64,000 bases of DNA from Eledone cirrhosa (Eukaryota), in NCBI GenBank assembly GCA_964016885.1, contig OZ024742.1:11842001-11906000 (forward strand). Direction: 5' to 3'. Positions 28,391 through 43,404 of the stretch are shown here, piece after piece. The translations under genes and the position numbers were made by a program. Each line of letters opens with the position of its first letter. The stretch's first letter is position 1. A model generated the notes under the pieces. It was not told where the DNA came from, made no database searches, and worked only from the letters and a program-made list of their open reading frames with translations.

Positions 28391-30196
28391 ATTTTGTTTT
28401 CATCCTTTCTTAAATATTTTCCCCCATTCTATAACTTTTGTGTGTAAAATATCGTTGATCTACATTGGTAAAAGTAAAACATAAAATGAGAAAATATCTG
28501 ATAAGAAGTGAAATACAAGTAAAGAGAGGATATGAGGACAGGATTAGAAGTGTGAAGGTGAAATGAAAACTGGAGAGATATAATGTAGAAAGATATATAG
28601 GGGCTGGAAAAAGGATCTGAAGAGGAATGTACGATAGAAATATAGACGATGGGAAGAGGAAAACATTAAAATGGAAGAGAAGTGAGGATGGAAAGGAAAA
28701 TCAATAAAAGAAGAGATATTAAGAGAAGGAATGTAGGAGAAAACAAAGAATATAGCAAGGTGGGAGATCTAGAATATAATGGATGAGATGAGAGGTAGAA
28801 CTAGGTGAGGATTGACCATAAGAAGACAGAGAGAAAATCAGGAGAAAACTGTTGAGATGAAACGAGGAACAGAATATAACAGATGACATGAGAGGTGTGA
28901 GGTGATGGGGGAGAAGAGGTTATACCAAGATATGTGGGATTTAAAAAAAACACTTCTTTTCGAGACCTCTTGTGTCCTTGGTCACCAGATTGTCACAGAG
29001 GAAGATAATTAAATGGTGTGGCTATTGCAGCGGGTGTCGTTGGCCATTCTCCGTGGAAACACCTTCACCATTCTGTCTACGAGGTACGACTGAATCACCG
29101 CCCAGACTGGAGTATAGAATCTGTCCCTCCCCTTCTCCTTTTTTTTCGTTGCTCAATTCACATTTTTTTCTTTTTCTTCTTTCCTTTCACTTTTTTTTTT
29201 TGTTTCATTGTAAATATTATTGTATGCAGTGAGAAATAACTTTGTTTCGGTTTTGTCTGACGCAAAAACATAGGGAAAAAATTAGAGAAGCTCATTAGGA
29301 GACAGAAAATATAGAATTGTGAGAGAAGGAGAAGAGAAGAGGTGAAATAAGTAAAGGGAATGATGACAATTAAAGAAGCGGTGAGACTAGGTAACTCCTA
29401 GATACGATGAGAAGTTAACCGAACTGAAATGAAACCAAAAAGTTGGGATGATAAAAACCAAAAAAGTTAAAAGAGGTGGAGTGATGAAAGAGATGAGAAC
29501 GGAACCAAAAGAAAAGAGACAAGAATTCAATTAGTTACAAATATCAGACGTTTTAATATAATATTTCTTTTTTCGTTTAATTTTCATATATTTTTTATTT
29601 TAAAATTCTATATTTTCTATCCGACAAATTGACAGATGGAAAAAAACAACTAAAGAAAGAAAGGAAAATATATATAAAAAGACAAATAAAATAGATAAAC
29701 ATTGAAATAAGCCATCAATATTAAACGTTAAACAAGATGAATATTTAAAATAAAAACCACCTATTTCAGATTATAGTACTTATTAGTAGCTGACAAAACA
29801 GGAGAAAAGTCTCATTACTAAAAACAAAAAGACTAATACTAACAAGAAGAAAAAGAAGAAGAACAACAACAACACCAACAACAATATATTTAGATTGAAC
29901 TAAATAATACATTCATCAAAAGTAGAGAAATACACGAATAGAGAAAAGATTACGGTGTGGAAGGGAAGAAGAATATGATGATGATGACGATGGCGATGAT
30001 GGCGATGGCGATGATGGCGATGGCGATGATAACGATGATGACGATGGCGATGATGGCGATGGCGATGATAACGATGATGACGACCATTTATTTATGGTTT
30101 TCTTGTTCTGATTTCAAATCTCGCTCAGATCAATTATAGATTTTATCTTTCGGGATCGATAAAATAAAATAAAAAGAGGAGAAAGTTGATTAACTT

Positions 30197-30344
30197 AACC
30201 CCAGTGTGTTACTGGTACTTTATTTTATCGACCCCGTAAGGATGGAAGGCAAAGCTAACGTCAGCAGAATTTGAACTCAGAACGTAAAGGGCTGTAACAC
30301 TATACTGAAAAGCATGTTGTCCGATGCTCTACTGATACTGCCAA
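30197..30344 (-). mobile_element. SINE copy
   Basis: Reverse complement of SINE head and core. Confidence 0.8.
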
Positions 30345-31118
30345 TCTGCTAGTATTCGTTCCTGATCTCCGCTCTCTGAGTTCAAACACCAGCGAGGTCA
30401 ACTTTACAGTTCATCTTCTTGGTATCAATACATAGTCCCAGTCCAATATTAGACTCAATTCTTCTTCTATATATTTTCTCACATCCTCTCTATCAATCTA
30501 TCCCTCCTCAATTTCTGGAAGAACTCGTTTTTTGTTTAGAGCTGGTGAGTGGATTAGTTCTGCCATGTTTAAAATTCCCAAGACATGATTTATGTAACGG
30601 CAGCGTCCTTACAGCGTCCGTAACAGGTTTTAATGTACATACATTATTAGTATTAATTATTTGGTTTCAACGACCTCCAATATCAGAACTGAATTTGATT
30701 CATTTGCAGTAAAATCGAACAAGTCACTGGCTAAATCTATTCCCTCATTCCCCATCCTTATTCATTTATTCTCGACCCCCCCCCCCCCCCCGTTTCCCAG
30801 AAAATACTCTCAAAATGTGGTTTCATTTATGAAGATATATCTGTCTTATTTCTATTAGACACTAGGAATATCCATTTTGTTTTACAGATTATGCAAAGAA
30901 ATGAAAAGCATTTTTTTGCTTTAGTCCCTAGAAAAGTAATTCTTTTTTTCTTGTAAGTTTTATGTTTTCTTTCTAGATGTAACTTGAATAAAGAATACAT
31001 AAGTCTTGAAGCTTATTATCAAGATCTGAGGTATGTATATATATATATATAAAGCTATGATGCTAAGATAAAACAGCTTCTTGCATAATCTCAAAGCACA
31101 CACACACACACATATATA

Positions 31119-31169
<51 letters not shown>

Positions 31170-31351
31170 ATGTGTGTGTGTATGCATGTATGTATGTATA
31201 TAATATATATGCATGTGTGTGTATATATATTGTACAAAAGGAAATCTCTATGATAAGATAAGAATTCAATTTAGATTATATATGCATTCATATCGATGTA
31301 TACGAATTTATGAAGATAGGTAGAAATACACCCCCCCCCTCTCTCTCTCTG

Positions 31352-31447
<96 letters not shown>

Positions 31448-31850
31448 TATTTATACCTATTTATGTGTGTGTATTTAATCATATAAATGTTGTGTGTATT
31501 TTATGTGTAATCGAAATATATGGTAACCCACCAGAAATCTATGTATTGTAGATACCTTCACTTGAAGTAACGTTAATACTATAGAAAAAGGTCCAAACCT
31601 CATTATGGTTTCCATCCTAAGGGTTTGAGGACGTTTTGTTTCAATGAATTTTAATCATGATAGAAAACTAAGATCTACCACCTCCGAGGTTTCACTGCAT
31701 GTAACAAGCTGAAAATATTTTCTGTTGATCCTTGAATGACTGATATTTTAACTCAAATGATCTAAGAATATTATTTTAAATCCACAAATACACCACTGTT
31801 CTATAAATAATGCTCTCCGTGTGTTGTTGAGATTATGATGTCTAATATAC

Positions 31851-32150
31851 GCACAAGGCCAGCAATTTGGGAACATGTTCAGCAATCTGGGGACATGGCC
31901 AGCAATTTGGAGACATGGCCAGTAATCTGGGGACATAGCCAGCAATTTGGGGACATGGCCAGCAATCTGGGGACATGGCCAGCAATTTGGAGACATAGCC
32001 AACAATTTGGGGACATGGCCAGCAATTTGGGGACATGGCCAGTAATTTGGGGACATAGCCAGCAATTTGGGGACATGGCCAGCATTTTAGGGACATAGCC
32101 AGCAATTTGGGGACATGGCCAGCAATTTGGGAACATAAACAGCAATTTCG
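31851..32150. repeat. 20-bp minisatellite (GGCCAGCAATTTGGGGACAT), ~14 units, seeded by SINE tail
   Basis: First unit GCACAAGGCCAGCAATTT is the reverse complement of the SINE 3' tail. Confidence 0.9.
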
Positions 32151-32599
32151 AAGATTTCACAGCTCTAGCATCATTCGTTCATAGTCAGCCTATGACATTT
32201 TCAGCCGACCCACGTATATAAGATGATATTGTCTAATGTTTCTTTCTTTCCTTTAAAGAGAGAAGGAAGTGATTCTAAAGAATTTGATGCTATTTTTACT
32301 CCAAAAAGTAGTCCACCTTATTATACAATGGTGTGTGTCCTACTCTGCATATAACAAAATTCCCCTTTGCAACAAAACATACCAACGACTCACGTGCTCA
32401 TACAGTCGCCAAATGCGGGAACCCAGGGGAGAACAGGTTTGATGGATCCCTCATCAATTTAGGAATATTTTTTCCTGCTAAAAGTTGACTTTATGAACCC
32501 CATGACGAGCTTCTACACTTTGCCATATTAACTACATCCCTCCTCACCAAGACCCAGGCTTTCATTTCTTCCATCATCATTCCCAGTCATGAACTCTTT

Positions 32600-32930
32600 A
32601 GTATTCCCCCTTTTTACCTCTTTCCACATTCATTTCTATCATTCCTCTTACAAAGTCACATTTATACTTCCTCTACACATGACCTAACCATCTCATTTCA
32701 CTTCTCTTCAGAACATCCATCGCTAGGCCTATTCCCATCATCCTCTTCAATGTGTTGTCTGTCACCCTCTCTCTGAACAACACTCTGTTCATCCACTTTA
32801 CCAATCCATTTGTTTATCTTCCCATCCTTCTCTGTTGTTCCATATTCTGGGTGATGAACGTATTTCACCCATGTCTCACTCCCATAAATCATGAGTCTTC
32901 TCACTTCTCACACACACTGCTTAAATCTTT
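32600..32930 (-). mobile_element. Degenerate RTE-clade LINE RT C-terminal fragment
   Basis: LMIYGSETW motif; downstream sequence resembles decayed RW.GHV. Confidence 0.6.
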
Positions 32931-33699
32931 CCTTTCAGTTTCAGCCCGCCACTCAGTTCCCAGAACCCATAATATGTGTCCCTCATAGACAAAAATTAAT
33001 ATACACAGCAAATTACCAAATTTACATATCAAATTCCATTTATTGCACGAAATTGTAATTGACAATTTAAAGATACAAAATTTAAAGTTAAAAAAAAAAA
33101 GATTTTCTCATTATTAAGCTGGTGTTTGGAACATAATATAATAAAAGTTCCTTCATAAAATTATGATGGAAGGTTTTTAGATAAATTTAAACACTTTAAA
33201 ACATGTTTGTATTGTAGAACCAATTTTGGTGGCTTGGAATCAAAAGTGGTAAAAGCTTTCCATCTACGTTTTATTGTTAAAGTTAGATTTTAAAATTCAA
33301 GTTAAAATACGATATATTTCATCAAATCTTGATAATGGTAAATAATTTAATTATGTGCTAGTAGTCAGTAAATATTGAGAAATGGTTTACAATATTTTTA
33401 TATAGCGTAGGATAAGAGGGAAAGGAGAGAGAGGAGAGGGGGAGAGAGAGAAAAGAGAGATAGGTGAGTGAGAGATTGAGAGAGAGAGAGTGCGTGTGTG
33501 AAAGAAAGAGAGATAGAAGAGGGAGAGAATGGGGGAGAGAGGGGGGGGGGAGAAAAAAGAGACATAGGCGAGGGAAAGATTGAGAGAGTGTGTGTGTGAA
33601 AGAGAGAGGTATAGGAGAGGGAGATAGAAAGAGAGAGAGTGCGTGTGTGAAAGAGAGAGAGAGGGTGTGTGTGAAATAGAGAGAAAGAGAGAGAGAGAA

Positions 33700-33761
<62 letters not shown>

Positions 33762-33779
33762 TGTGTGTGTGTGTGTGAA

Positions 33780-33815
<36 letters not shown>

Positions 33816-33868
33816 TGTGTGTGTGTGTGTGAAAGAGAGAGAGAGAAAGAGAGAGAGAGAGTGTGTGT

Positions 33869-33928
<60 letters not shown>

Positions 33929-33930
33929 GG

Positions 33931-33973
<43 letters not shown>

Positions 33974-34777
33974 GAGAGAAAGAGGGAGAGAGAGGGAAAG
34001 AGAGAGCTAGATAGCACAGACTGAAAGAGAGGAAAATATTTCATATTGCTTTGAATTTTTCAAATACTTCATCGGTCCAGTGTCAGGTCATGAGGTCAAA
34101 TCATGGAAATAACAAAGGAATTGTCATTGTGTACAATCATAAACAGACAAGCGCATAGCCACATACACACATATACATACATACACAATCACATAACCAC
34201 ACATACACATATATACACACAACAAGCATACAATGATAACACACACACATGTATATATATATATACACATACACACACATCTATATGTATATATACATAC
34301 ATTTTGGCAAATAGGCACAAATGTCTCCTTTAAAAGGTAAAACAAATTATATTTAAGGAGAGGGCTTTCTGGCCAACAGAGGGCTCTGATTGAAGAAGTG
34401 TTCACTGTCCGAAGATAGGGACCATGGGTACTGAGAAATTCGCTCTCCCTTAATTTAATTACGTTTGTTGCCAGTAAACACTAAGAACTATTTTACAATA
34501 AATTTATATAGTATAGGATATGAGTGAAATAATAATAATATAAATAATATATATTTAAAAAGAAAGCTGATTTAACGCCTAATTCAGTGTGTCGTGGATC
34601 GGAAATGGCTGAAATAGACTTTGGCACTTCTTGTGGAAAATAACAAGAATGAAGTCCTTCCACAAACATAGAAAGATGCATTGGGATATTTTACGCCTTT
34701 GTCAATACAGTTGGTTATATATATATATATGTATGTATATATATATATATATGTGTATGTATATATATATATATGTG

Positions 34778-35201
<424 letters not shown>

Positions 35202-36497
35202 TGCATCTATACATACATACCTATATATATATATTGTTGGTCTCACAAGTACCAACCGGAGTAGAAAACAACATTATATTGGAACTTGTTAAGGTACAGA
35301 CATTTCCATAGAGTGTTTCCATTTCTTTGTCTATCACAAGAGTTACCAATATACGATAAACAATACCATCTACTCACCACACACCTTAACACATACATAT
35401 ACACATACATACATACCAATATATATATATTTATATATACATACATATACATACATTAAAGGAAAGTGTATAAATATTTGTTAATAAGTTTCTTTGTTGA
35501 TTTTCCAATAATTTCGAACTGACAAGTGTCAATTTTATTCAAACCGTTAAATAAAGTATGGTAAGCGATACACCTTTTCATCTATCTTCCAGTAAAAATA
35601 TCAATAAGGAACTATAGCAAAATCAATAAAAAGATGTTATTAGCAAAATATTTAGGTCGTCCATTTAATGAATGTTGTTGACAGAAAGACGGTTACTTCC
35701 ACACAACATAGCACAGACATTGCAAAGTATTGATATTGTATGGTAATAAAGCGAATTTAATACACGTGAATAAATATATATATATATGTTTTATATGTGT
35801 TTGTGTGCGATTATATTTGTGCATGTGTGAATATCCCTGTGTTCCTGTGTATGTCGATGTGGGAAGAGTATGTAGCTGTTATTTCACTCAAATATGTTTC
35901 AGCTTTATATTTTGGCTACTTATTCAACATGATTTCTAAACATTTTGGCAACTTGTCGACTTCAATTTCTACATTATATTTCCAATGTTAATACCATAAG
36001 ATGATAATAGAAAGGAGAGAATCGGCGCAGTCCCTTATTAAAGTTTTACATACGATTGTTATGAGAGTTCAACAGATAAATAGGAGAAAGAAAAAAAATC
36101 AACTAAGAAAAGAAAGTTAAATACTTATTCATTTCAATCATATGAATTCGCTTAAAGGTAGGCAGTGTGACGGCGACACCTGGTGAGGGAATTATTACGA
36201 TATTCGTGACTTGAGAAATGGTGATCTTCCCTTGATACTAATACATTTGTTGTCTTCTACGAAATACTCATTGTACAAGATAATTCATTCTTTGACAATT
36301 TAATAGATGATATCTTATTTTAAAGGGCGATAGAAAAGATTGGTAAATATATGTTGGATAAAATAATTCGAGGGACGGAATTGGTGAGAGGAAATAAAGA
36401 TAAAGGGTACAGTGACAATGAAATAGAATCGTTTAGTATTTCTATGTTTATTGGCAAGTTTTGATGGCATATAACACACACACACATATATATATAT

Positions 36498-36540
<43 letters not shown>

Positions 36541-36659
36541 AAGCAAAGCAAGGTTTCACATTAAGGTCTTGATTATACATAGTTACGACCGTTTCACAGA
36601 TGGGTGGCTCAAGATCTATATTCAGTAAATCACTAACATTCCCCCTCGGAAAACCTCCA

Positions 36660-36867
36660 TTTGATGGATGTGAAATCCGAAATATAGGGACAATTAAATC
36701 ACTTCCAAGGTAACTCTATATCGTGTTATTATTTTTACACTCTTTCCTACGTTCCTCTACACACTATACATCTCATTCTACATTTCCTTTTACATCTCTC
36801 TCATTACCACCTGATTCTGTTACCAGGAGATTTAACACCATCTGCATTGTTGATGCTTCCAAAACGA

Positions 36868-36872
<5 letters not shown>
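36660..36872 (+). mobile_element. Family D single arm ending in (TA)n
   Basis: Homologous to 18116-18335. Confidence 0.75.
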
Positions 36873-36940
<68 letters not shown>

Positions 36941-36959
36941 TATATGTATATATATATTA

Positions 36960-37045
36960 TTAAATCTGATTCAGGCTTATTTTCAAATACGTATTTCGCT
37001 GAGGACTATCAGTTATGATAGACTGAGCTCTTCAGACGGCAAAAC
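36960..37045 (-). ncRNA. Hammerhead-like motif, stem I not evident
   Basis: CTGAAGA-gct..ctatca taac tgatag..agc-GAAA-tacgta-TT on minus strand, then (TA)n. Confidence 0.5.
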
Positions 37046-37229
37046 CTATAAAAACAAAAAAAGGTCCTAAAAGAACTTAAAATTTGGAGAAATCCAATAA
37101 CTCCCTCGAAAAATATGTTCCTTTCTTGATGGAGGAGGCCGGCTGGACTTGTGGTGTTGTTTCTCAAGGTGTGAACAAAACCATTTTCTTTCAGAGAAGA
37201 GTATGAGTGATAGAAAGGAAGTGAGAAAT

Positions 37230-37385
37230 AATCGACCCCAGGACTAAACTGATAGATTTTTTTAAATCGATCTTGGAAGAAGAAAAGACTAAGTTGACCT
37301 CGCCGGGAATTGAACTGAGAGAGTACAGAGAGCTGGAAGAAATAGCATAAAGTATTCTATCCAATGTTTAACGATTCTGCCAATT
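37230..37385 (-). mobile_element. Old SINE copy
   Basis: AAGTTGACCTCGCCGGGAATTGAACTGAG...GATTCTGCCAA. Confidence 0.65.
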
Positions 37386-37554
37386 TGCAAGAGTTAGTGA
37401 GGAATAAACGTAAAGAAAATCACTCGAAATTGCCGCTCCCTGGTTGTAACGCCATTAGTGATAATGGAATGTATTCTCCATGTACTTGAAAATATTAAAA
37501 CACGTAATAACAATAAAGATACACACACACACACACACACACACGGACACACAC

Positions 37555-37585
<31 letters not shown>

Positions 37586-37636
37586 CATGCATATGTGTAT
37601 ATACATACCTATATTTGAATATATATATATATATAT

Positions 37637-37699
<63 letters not shown>

Positions 37700-37999
37700 C
37701 ATAGGTATGTATATACACATATGCATGTATATATATATATATATATACCTTAATGCATATGTATATATACGTACCTATGTATATATATATATATATATGA
37801 ATAAATAAATATAATGTACAATAAAAAGTAAATAAGGTAATACAAAAATAATGTTTGCATCATTATCGGCAGTGCCGCCATCGTCTCTATCATCATCATC
37901 ATCATCATTATCAACATCATCATCGTCATCATCGCCAACATCATCATCATCTTCATTATCGTCATCACGAAAAATATTATTACAAAAAGAAACCCAAAA

Positions 38000-39850
38000 T
38001 GGTGATGGTGGTGGTGGTGTTGGTGGTGGTTGCTGGTCACTGCGGTAGTGGTGGTGGTGGTGTTGGTGTTGGTGGTGGTGTTGGTGGTTGTTGCTATAGT
38101 GGTGGTGGTAGTGGTGTGGTGGTAGGGTTGCTGGTCACTGCGGTAGTGGTGGTGGTGGTGTTGGTGTTGGTGGTGGTGGTGTTGGTGGTTGTTGCTATAG
38201 TGGTGGTGGTAGTGGTGTGGTGGTAGGGTTGCTGGTCACTGCGGTAGTGGTGGTGGTGGTGGTGGTGTTGGTGGTGGTGGTGTTGGTGGTTGTTGCTATA
38301 GTGGTGGTGGTAGTGGTGTGGTGGTAGGGTTGCTGGTCACTGCGGTAGTGGTGGTGGTAGTGGTGGTGTTGGTGGTTGTTGCTATAGTGGTGGTGGTAGT
38401 GGTGTGGTGGTAGGGTTGCTGGTCACTGCGGTAGTGGTGGTGGTAGTGGTGGTGGTTGGTGGTTGTTGCTATAGTGGTGGTGGTAGTGGTGGTGGTGGTG
38501 TTGGTGGTTGTTGCTATAGTGGTGATGGTGGTGGTGTGGTGGTAGAGTTGCTGGTCACTGCGGTAGTGGTGGTGGTGGTGGTGGTGGTGGTGGTGTTGGT
38601 GGTGGTTGCTATAGTGGTGGTGGTGGTGGTGTTGTGGTAGAGTTAGTGGTCACTGCGGTAGTGGTGGTGGTAGTGGTGGTGGTTTTGGTGTGGTGGTTGT
38701 TGGTATAGTGGTGGTGGTAGTGGTGGTGGTGTTGGTGTGGTGGTTGTTGCTATAGTGGTGGTGGTAGTGGTGGTGTGGTGGTAGGGTTGCATGTCACTGC
38801 GGTAGTGGTGGTGGTGGTGGTGGTGTTGGTGGTGGTGGTGTTGGTGGTTGTTGCTATAGTGGTGGTGGTAGTGGTGTGGTGGTAGGGTTGCTGGTCACTG
38901 CGGTAGTGGTGGTGGTGGTGGTGGTGGTGTTGGTGATGGTTGCTATAGTGGTGGTGGTAGTGGTGGTGTGGTGGTAGGGTTGCATGTCACTGCGGTAGTG
39001 GTGGTGCTAGTGGTAGTGGTTGTGGTGTTGGTGGTGGTTGCTATAGTGGTGGTGGTAGTGGTGGTGTGGTTGTAGTGTTGCTGGTCACTGCGGTAGTGGT
39101 GGTGGTAGTGGTGGTGGTTGCTTTGGTGGTGGTGTGGTGGTAGAGTTGCTGGTCACTGCGGTAGTGGTGGTGGTAGTGGTGGTGGTTGCTTTGGTGGTGG
39201 TGTGGTGGTAGAGTTGCTGGTCACTGCGGTAGTGGTGGTGGTAGTGGTGGTGGTTGCTTTGGTGGTGGTGTGGTGGTAGAGTTGCTGGTCACTGCGGTAG
39301 TGGTGGTGGTAGTTGTGGTGGTGTTGGTGTTGGTGTTAGTGGTGGTGTGGTGGTAGGGTTGCTTGTTGCTGCGGTAGTGGTGGTGGTAATGGTGTGGTGT
39401 TGGTGTTGGTGGTGGTTGCTATAGTGGTGGTGGTGTTGGTGTGGTGGTGGTTGCTATAGTGGTGGTGTGGTGGTAGGGTTGCTGGTCACTGCGGTAGTTT
39501 TGGTGGTAGTGGTGTTGGTGTTGGTGTGGTGGTGGTTGCTATAGTGGTGGTGGTGGTGTGGTAGAGTTGGTGGTGTGGTGGTAGGGTTGCTGGTCACTGC
39601 GGTAGTGGTGGTGGTAGTGGTGGTGGTGTTGGTGTGGTGGTGGTTGCTATAGTGGTGGTGGTGGTGTGGTAGAGTTGGTGGTGTGGTGGTAGGGTTGCTG
39701 GTCACTGCGGTAGTGGTGGTGGTAGTGGTGGTGGTGTTGGTTGCTATAGTGGTGGTGGTAGTGGTTATGTGGTGGTAGGGTTGCTGGTCGCTGCGGTAGT
39801 GGTGGTGGTGGTTGCTATAGTGGTGGTAATAGTGGTGGTGGTAGTGGTGG
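38000..39850. repeat. (GGT)n-based higher-order minisatellite with AGGGTTGCTGGTCACTGCGGTA and GCTATA anchors
   Basis: About 20 variable-length units. Confidence 0.9.
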
Positions 39851-40339
39851 TGCGTAGTCGTGGGAACAAATAAAACAACAACACCGATAAAATGAAACGA
39901 AATGACTTGCTTTCTCTTGGTGGTTGTTGTCGTTATTGCTATTATTGTTATTGTAATTGTTGATGTTTTTGTTGTTCTTCTTTTTTTTCTTTTCTTCTTC
40001 TTCTTCTTCTTCCTTTCTTCTTTTCTTCTTCTTCCTCTTCTTCTTCTTCTTCTCGCCCTTCTCATTCCCCCCTCCTCTTATTATTATTGTTTCTCCAAAG
40101 ATTACCAATCTTTATCTAATACTATTCTGTAATATTCTTTATAGAGACTAAACCAATATTTTGCTGGAATATTCCTTCTTATGGTCTTAATGAGGTTTTG
40201 GCAACTTTTCTAAAGTCTGGCTATCTCTGAAGAACCATCCACTCTGGAATCACCACCACAGATCACTTTCACAATAATTATTGCACAATTCACCTCTTTT
40301 CTTGTTTTCTTTATCTCTACTCATTCTTTTATTGTTGTA

Positions 40340-41840
40340 AATGTTGTTGTTATTGCTATTGCTATTGTTGTTGTTATTGTTGTTAATGTTGTTGTTATTG
40401 CTATTATTATTGTTGTTATTGTTATTAATGTTGTTGTTGTTAATGTTGTTGTTATTGCTATTATTATTGTTGTTATTGTTGTTAATGTTGTTGTTGTTGT
40501 TACTACTATTTTTGTTTTGTTATCGCTATTGTTATTGTTGTTGTTGATGTTGTTGCTGCTACTATTGTAACAATGTAGTTGTTACTGTTGCCATTGTTAC
40601 CGTTGCTATTGTTGTTGTTACAGTTGTTATTGTTGTTGTTACTGTTGTTGTTACTGTTGTTATTGTTATTGTTACTGTTGCTATTGTTGTTGTTATAGTC
40701 GTTATTGTTGTTGTTACTGTTGCTATTGTTGTTACCGTTGTTATTGTTATTGTTACTGTTGCTATTGTTGTTATAGTCGTTATTGTTGTTGTTACTGTTG
40801 CTATTGTTGTTACCGTTGTTATTGTTATTGTTACTGTTGCTATTGTTGTTATAGTTGTTATTGTTGTTGTTACTGTTGCTATTGTTGTTACCGTTGCTAT
40901 TGTTATTGTTACTGTTGCTATTGTTGTTGTTATAGTTGTTATTGTTGTTGTTATAGTTGTTATTGTTGTTGTTACTGTTGCTATTGTTGTTACCGTTGCT
41001 ATTGTTATTGTTACTGTTGCTATTGTTATTGTTATAGTTGTTGTTACTGTTGCTATTGTTGTTACCGTTGCTATTGTTATTGTTACTGTTGCTATTGTTG
41101 TTGTTATAGTTGTTATTGTTGTTGTTACTGTTGCTATTGTTGTTGTTATAGTTGTTATTATTCATATTATTATGTTGCTACTATTGCCACGATTTTATTT
41201 TATTCTATTTTCTAATGTTTTATATTTACTTTCTAATGTTTTTTTCATCATTAACTATATTTATTTTTTATATTCTGGAGTTTCTAGTATTCTGTTTATT
41301 TGCTATGTTTTATATGTTGTTTGGTTAGCAATACCGTTCCATTGGAGCTGCTTCTATAGAATCCTTTTACACCAAGTTGATGACTGCCGCTCAGATAGTG
41401 TTACAGACACAATAACAGCAATACAGATAATAATAACAATACAGGTAATAACAATAACAACAGTAATAACAACATTAATAACAGCAGTAACAATAACAGT
41501 AATAACAACAGTAATAACAACAGTAACAACAATAATAATGACTGCAACATTAACACCAACAAAAGTATTAATAATAAAAACGACTTTGGTTAAGGGAAGG
41601 ATATTAATAACGATGATGGTTATGATGATAATGATGGTGATGATGATGGTTATAATGATAATGATAATTATGATGATGATGATGATGATAATGGTGATAA
41701 TGATGATGAAGATGATGATGATGATGATGATGATGGTGATAATGATGATGATGATGGTGATAATGATGATGATGAAGATGAGGATGATGATAATGATGAT
41801 GATGATGATGATAGTTAAGATGAAGATGATGATGATTATG
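40340..41840. repeat. (TTG)n, (AAC/AAT)n and (GAT)n degenerate trinucleotide satellites
   Basis: Direct inspection. Confidence 0.9.
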
Positions 41841-41886
41841 GTGAGTTGGAATTGGAGAAGGGGTTGAAATGGAACGAGAATAAGAA

Positions 41887-41917
<31 letters not shown>

Positions 41918-42004
41918 CAGACAGACAGAGAGAGAGAGAGAGAGACAGAGGGAGAAACAGACAGACAGAGAGAGAGAGAGAGAGACAGAGGGAGAGAGAG
42001 GGAG

Positions 42005-42070
<66 letters not shown>

Positions 42071-42206
42071 TTGGGTATCTTCTGAAATATATTACACCCC
42101 CACGCCACCCCCACACCAACACCATGCAGACAAAATCACTTCAATACCAATTTTATCATTTTTTTAATTAAGGAAGTGGAAAGAAAGTTATATAAGATTG
42201 GCAAAT

Positions 42207-42640
42207 ACCATGTGGTGGAGGTGGACCATGTGGCGGTGGTGAGACCATGTGGTGGTGGTGAGACCATGTGGTGGTGGTGAGACCATGTGGTGGCGATGGA
42301 AACATGTGGTGGAAATGGACCATGTGGCGGTGGTGAGACCATGTGGTGGTGGTGAGACCATGTGGTGGCGATGAGAACATGTGGTGGTGGTGAGACCATG
42401 TGGTGGTGGTGATGAGAACATGTAGTGGTGGTGAGAATATGTGGTGGCGGTGAGACAATGTGGTGGCGATGAGAACATGTGGTGGTGGTGAGACCATGTG
42501 GTGGTGGTGAGACCATGTGGTGGCGGTGAGACCATGTGGTGGCGATGAGAACATGTGGTGGTGGTGAGACCCTGTGGTAGTGGTGATGAGAACATGTGGT
42601 GGTGGTGAGACTATGTGGTGACGGTGAGACCATGTGGTGA
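42207..42640. repeat. ~19-bp minisatellite (GAGACCATGTGGTGGTGGT)
   Basis: About 22 units. Confidence 0.9.
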
Positions 42641-43404
42641 TGATGCTGAGATCATACGACGGAGAGATCACGTGACAGTGGTGATGACTTCCTGAAGACA
42701 ATTAAGTATATTAATGACATGAAACTGATTCTTTACAGCCGAGACGAACCATGTTTGGTTACATGACATATCTACTGCCTGGGGTTCAACATAGAGGCAT
42801 TTAAAGGTAACTAGACATGGAGGGTGAAAACGTAACATCTACATCGGATTTAAAGCTAGGATTATATCAATGGTAGATCCTCCGTCAGTTTCGATAAAGA
42901 GTAGTCATTTGTTTGGTCAATTGAATACTTAGTCTTGAAATTAGGTGTAAATGGCTTGAGTATTCTACAGATGTGTCACCTTTTAATGCAATTCTCGTGT
43001 GTTCTCGTGTGGAATTAGCGTGACGCAAGGAGCAATATCTGGCCAGGTTACATATATCAATTACAGATATTAATTACAGATATTAATTACAACACATTAA
43101 GTATCTTCCCCAGACATCACATTCTGTTACATTAAATACTTTTCTGTTGCATCATGATTAACGCTGTAGCCGTCATTGCTATATAGTTAACCGCCACATG
43201 TAGGACCGTCTGAAGTCGAAAATCTCTCCCCTTGCATTGGATTAATATAGTCAAAGGTACACTATACCTGAACAAAGGATGTGAGCTAGTCATAACCCAA
43301 ATTCCTTAATACAATGTCCGCTTCATCAGGACTGACAGGGGGCTAGATAACAAGAACTGCAGCAGTTACTGATTTATTGCTTTCTAATAAACTATATTAG
43401 TCTA

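Noticed and set aside
40216-40336. Possible exon encoding a hydrophobic helix
   Set aside because: Weak splice signals; hydrophobicity explained by T-rich sequence next to a (TTG)n satellite
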